A stretch of DNA of 64,000 nucleotides from Clostridia bacterium (lineage in GTDB: Bacteria; Bacillota; Clostridia; Christensenellales; UBA1242). Positions 62,997-64,000 of the stretch are shown here, piece by piece. Location of the stretch: the NCBI GenBank assembly GCA_045594425.1, contig JAZNYK010000007.1, positions 151,765-215,764 on the forward strand, written 5' to 3'. Positions within the stretch are counted from its first letter, which is position 1, and every line of letters begins with the position of its first letter. Below the pieces are notes generated by a model that saw nothing but the letters and a program-made list of their open reading frames with translations, was not told where the DNA came from and searched no databases. Both the position numbers and the translations under genes were made by a program.

Positions 62997-64000
62997 TTAT
63001 TTTCTAACAAGCAACAATGAAACATCTTCACCGTTTAAATCAAGTTTTTGTGCGCCTTCTTTAACAACAACTTCAAGTTTATCCGCTAAAGTATCATCAC
63101 AAATTGATTTTGAATATTTTTCAACAACTGCATTAATTTCATTTGTTGATGAAATATAAATTTCAATATGGTCTGTAACTTCAAACCCATTTTCTTTTCT
63201 TGCTTGTTGAACCTTGCTAATAACTTCACGAACAATTCCAAGTTCAATAAGTTCTGGTGTAAGTTCTGTTGAAAGAACAACTGTAACTTTTCCATCACTT
63301 TCAGATGTGAATCCTTCTTTTGAAATTGGAGAAATTAAAAGGTCTTCTTTTGCAAGTTCAACTTCAGTTCCTTGAGCATCAAACTTAACTGTTTCGCCTT
63401 TGTTAACAGTGTCTACAACTGCACAGGCATCACAAGAAGCAAGCCAATTTCTAATTGCACCAATCTTTGAGCCATATTTTGGACCAAGAACCTTAAGTTG
63501 TGGTTTGAGTTCATAATTCAAATATTCTTTTGCATCATGCTTAAATTCAACAGTTTGAACATTAAGTTCATCTGAAATAAGAGCCTTAAGTTCATCTGAA
63601 AGTTCAACCTTTTCAGCAGTTGCAACAATAAGTTTTGAAAGCGGTTGTCTATTTTTGATATTGCTAGCGTTTCTTGTGCTTCTGCCAAGAACAACAATAT
63701 CCAAAACAGTTTGCATACCTTCGTTCAACTTTTCATCAATCAAAGTTTCATCAGCAACTGGATAATCACACAAATGAACAGATATTGGAGCATTTTTATC
63801 AACACTTCTAACAATGTTTTGATAAATTTGTTCTGTGATTGATGGAACAAATGGAGCACAAAGTTTACATAATCCAACAAGCACATAATTTAATGTCGTG
63901 AATGCAGCAGTTTTATCTTCAGTTTCCCCACTCGCCCAGAATCTTTCACGACTTCTTCTAACATACCAGTTTGAAAGACTATCAACAAATGTGTTTATAA
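62997..64000 (-). CDS. ileS: isoleucine--tRNA ligase, C-terminal part (gene continues beyond the right edge)
   Basis: The frame is open to position 64000. CKLCAPFVPSITEQIYQNIV...VHLCDYP and the anticodon-binding/C-terminal region are typical of type 2 IleRS. Confidence 0.85.
   Translation of the reverse strand, partial: INTFVDSLSNWYVRRSRERFWASGETEDKTAAFTTLNYVLVGLCKLCAPFVPSITEQIYQNIVRSVDKNAPISVHLCDYPVADETLIDEKLNEGMQTVLDIVVLGRSTRNASNIKNRQPLSKLIVATAEKVELSDELKALISDELNVQTVEFKHDAKEYLNYELKPQLKVLGPKYGSKIGAIRNWLASCDACAVVDTVNKGETVKFDAQGTEVELAKEDLLISPISKEGFTSESDGKVTVVLSTELTPELIELGIVREVISKVQQARKENGFEVTDHIEIYISSTNEINAVVEKYSKSICDDTLADKLEVVVKEGAQKLDLNGEDVSLLLVRK

Overview
The window is a low-GC (about one-third GC by eye) Firmicutes/Clostridia-type chromosomal segment that uses the standard genetic code (TGA is a stop). 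It holds about 55 protein genes, roughly 80% of them on the minus strand, and most are housekeeping. In order: uvrB (first 38 codons only); a MacB-type ABC exporter with a divergent TetR regulator; glyQS behind a Gly (GGC) T-box; an rpiB / DivIVA-domain / sepF cluster; groES-groEL; lgt; a large coiled-coil membrane protein; recX and an IMPACT/YigZ protein; a NifU-like + GGGtGRT gene pair; a transglutaminase-like protein; three consecutive RNA-modification enzymes (RlmI/K-like, RluA-like, Rsm22-like); a CBS protein; a HAD-like protein; a long Bacillus-type SRP RNA; a 1644-aa S8 protease with LRR and MBG-type repeats; adhE; spo0A; valS; galE; a NitT/TauT-type ABC importer; pfkA; dnaE; whiA; a PHP protein; murB; uvrC; two paralogous kinase-fold proteins; prfA-prmC; rpmE; a nucleoside-hydrolase/metallophosphoesterase fusion; and the 3' part of ileS. 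I see no rRNA, tRNA, CRISPR array, transposase, integrase or phage genes. Signals worth a second look, strongest first: (1) a recurrent, almost invariant 23-nt hairpin, GGTGTTATG-N5-CATAACACC, sits just downstream of stop codons in an orientation that follows transcription. There are at least 7 intergenic copies, 1 perfect in-CDS copy and 1 partial in-CDS copy. (2) The uncharacterised NifU-like + GGGtGRT pair has the codon bias of highly expressed genes. (3) Two divergent kinase-fold paralogs flank a small 2-TM protein. (4) The CBS protein has an N-terminal domain carrying a HEPN-like RNxxxH motif. (5) Several genes (lgt, uvrC, the hydrolase fusion, possibly kinase-like P2) have TATAAT 6-8 nt upstream of the ATG and no Shine-Dalgarno, which suggests leaderless mRNAs. 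All functional calls come from motif recognition by eye; no database search was run.
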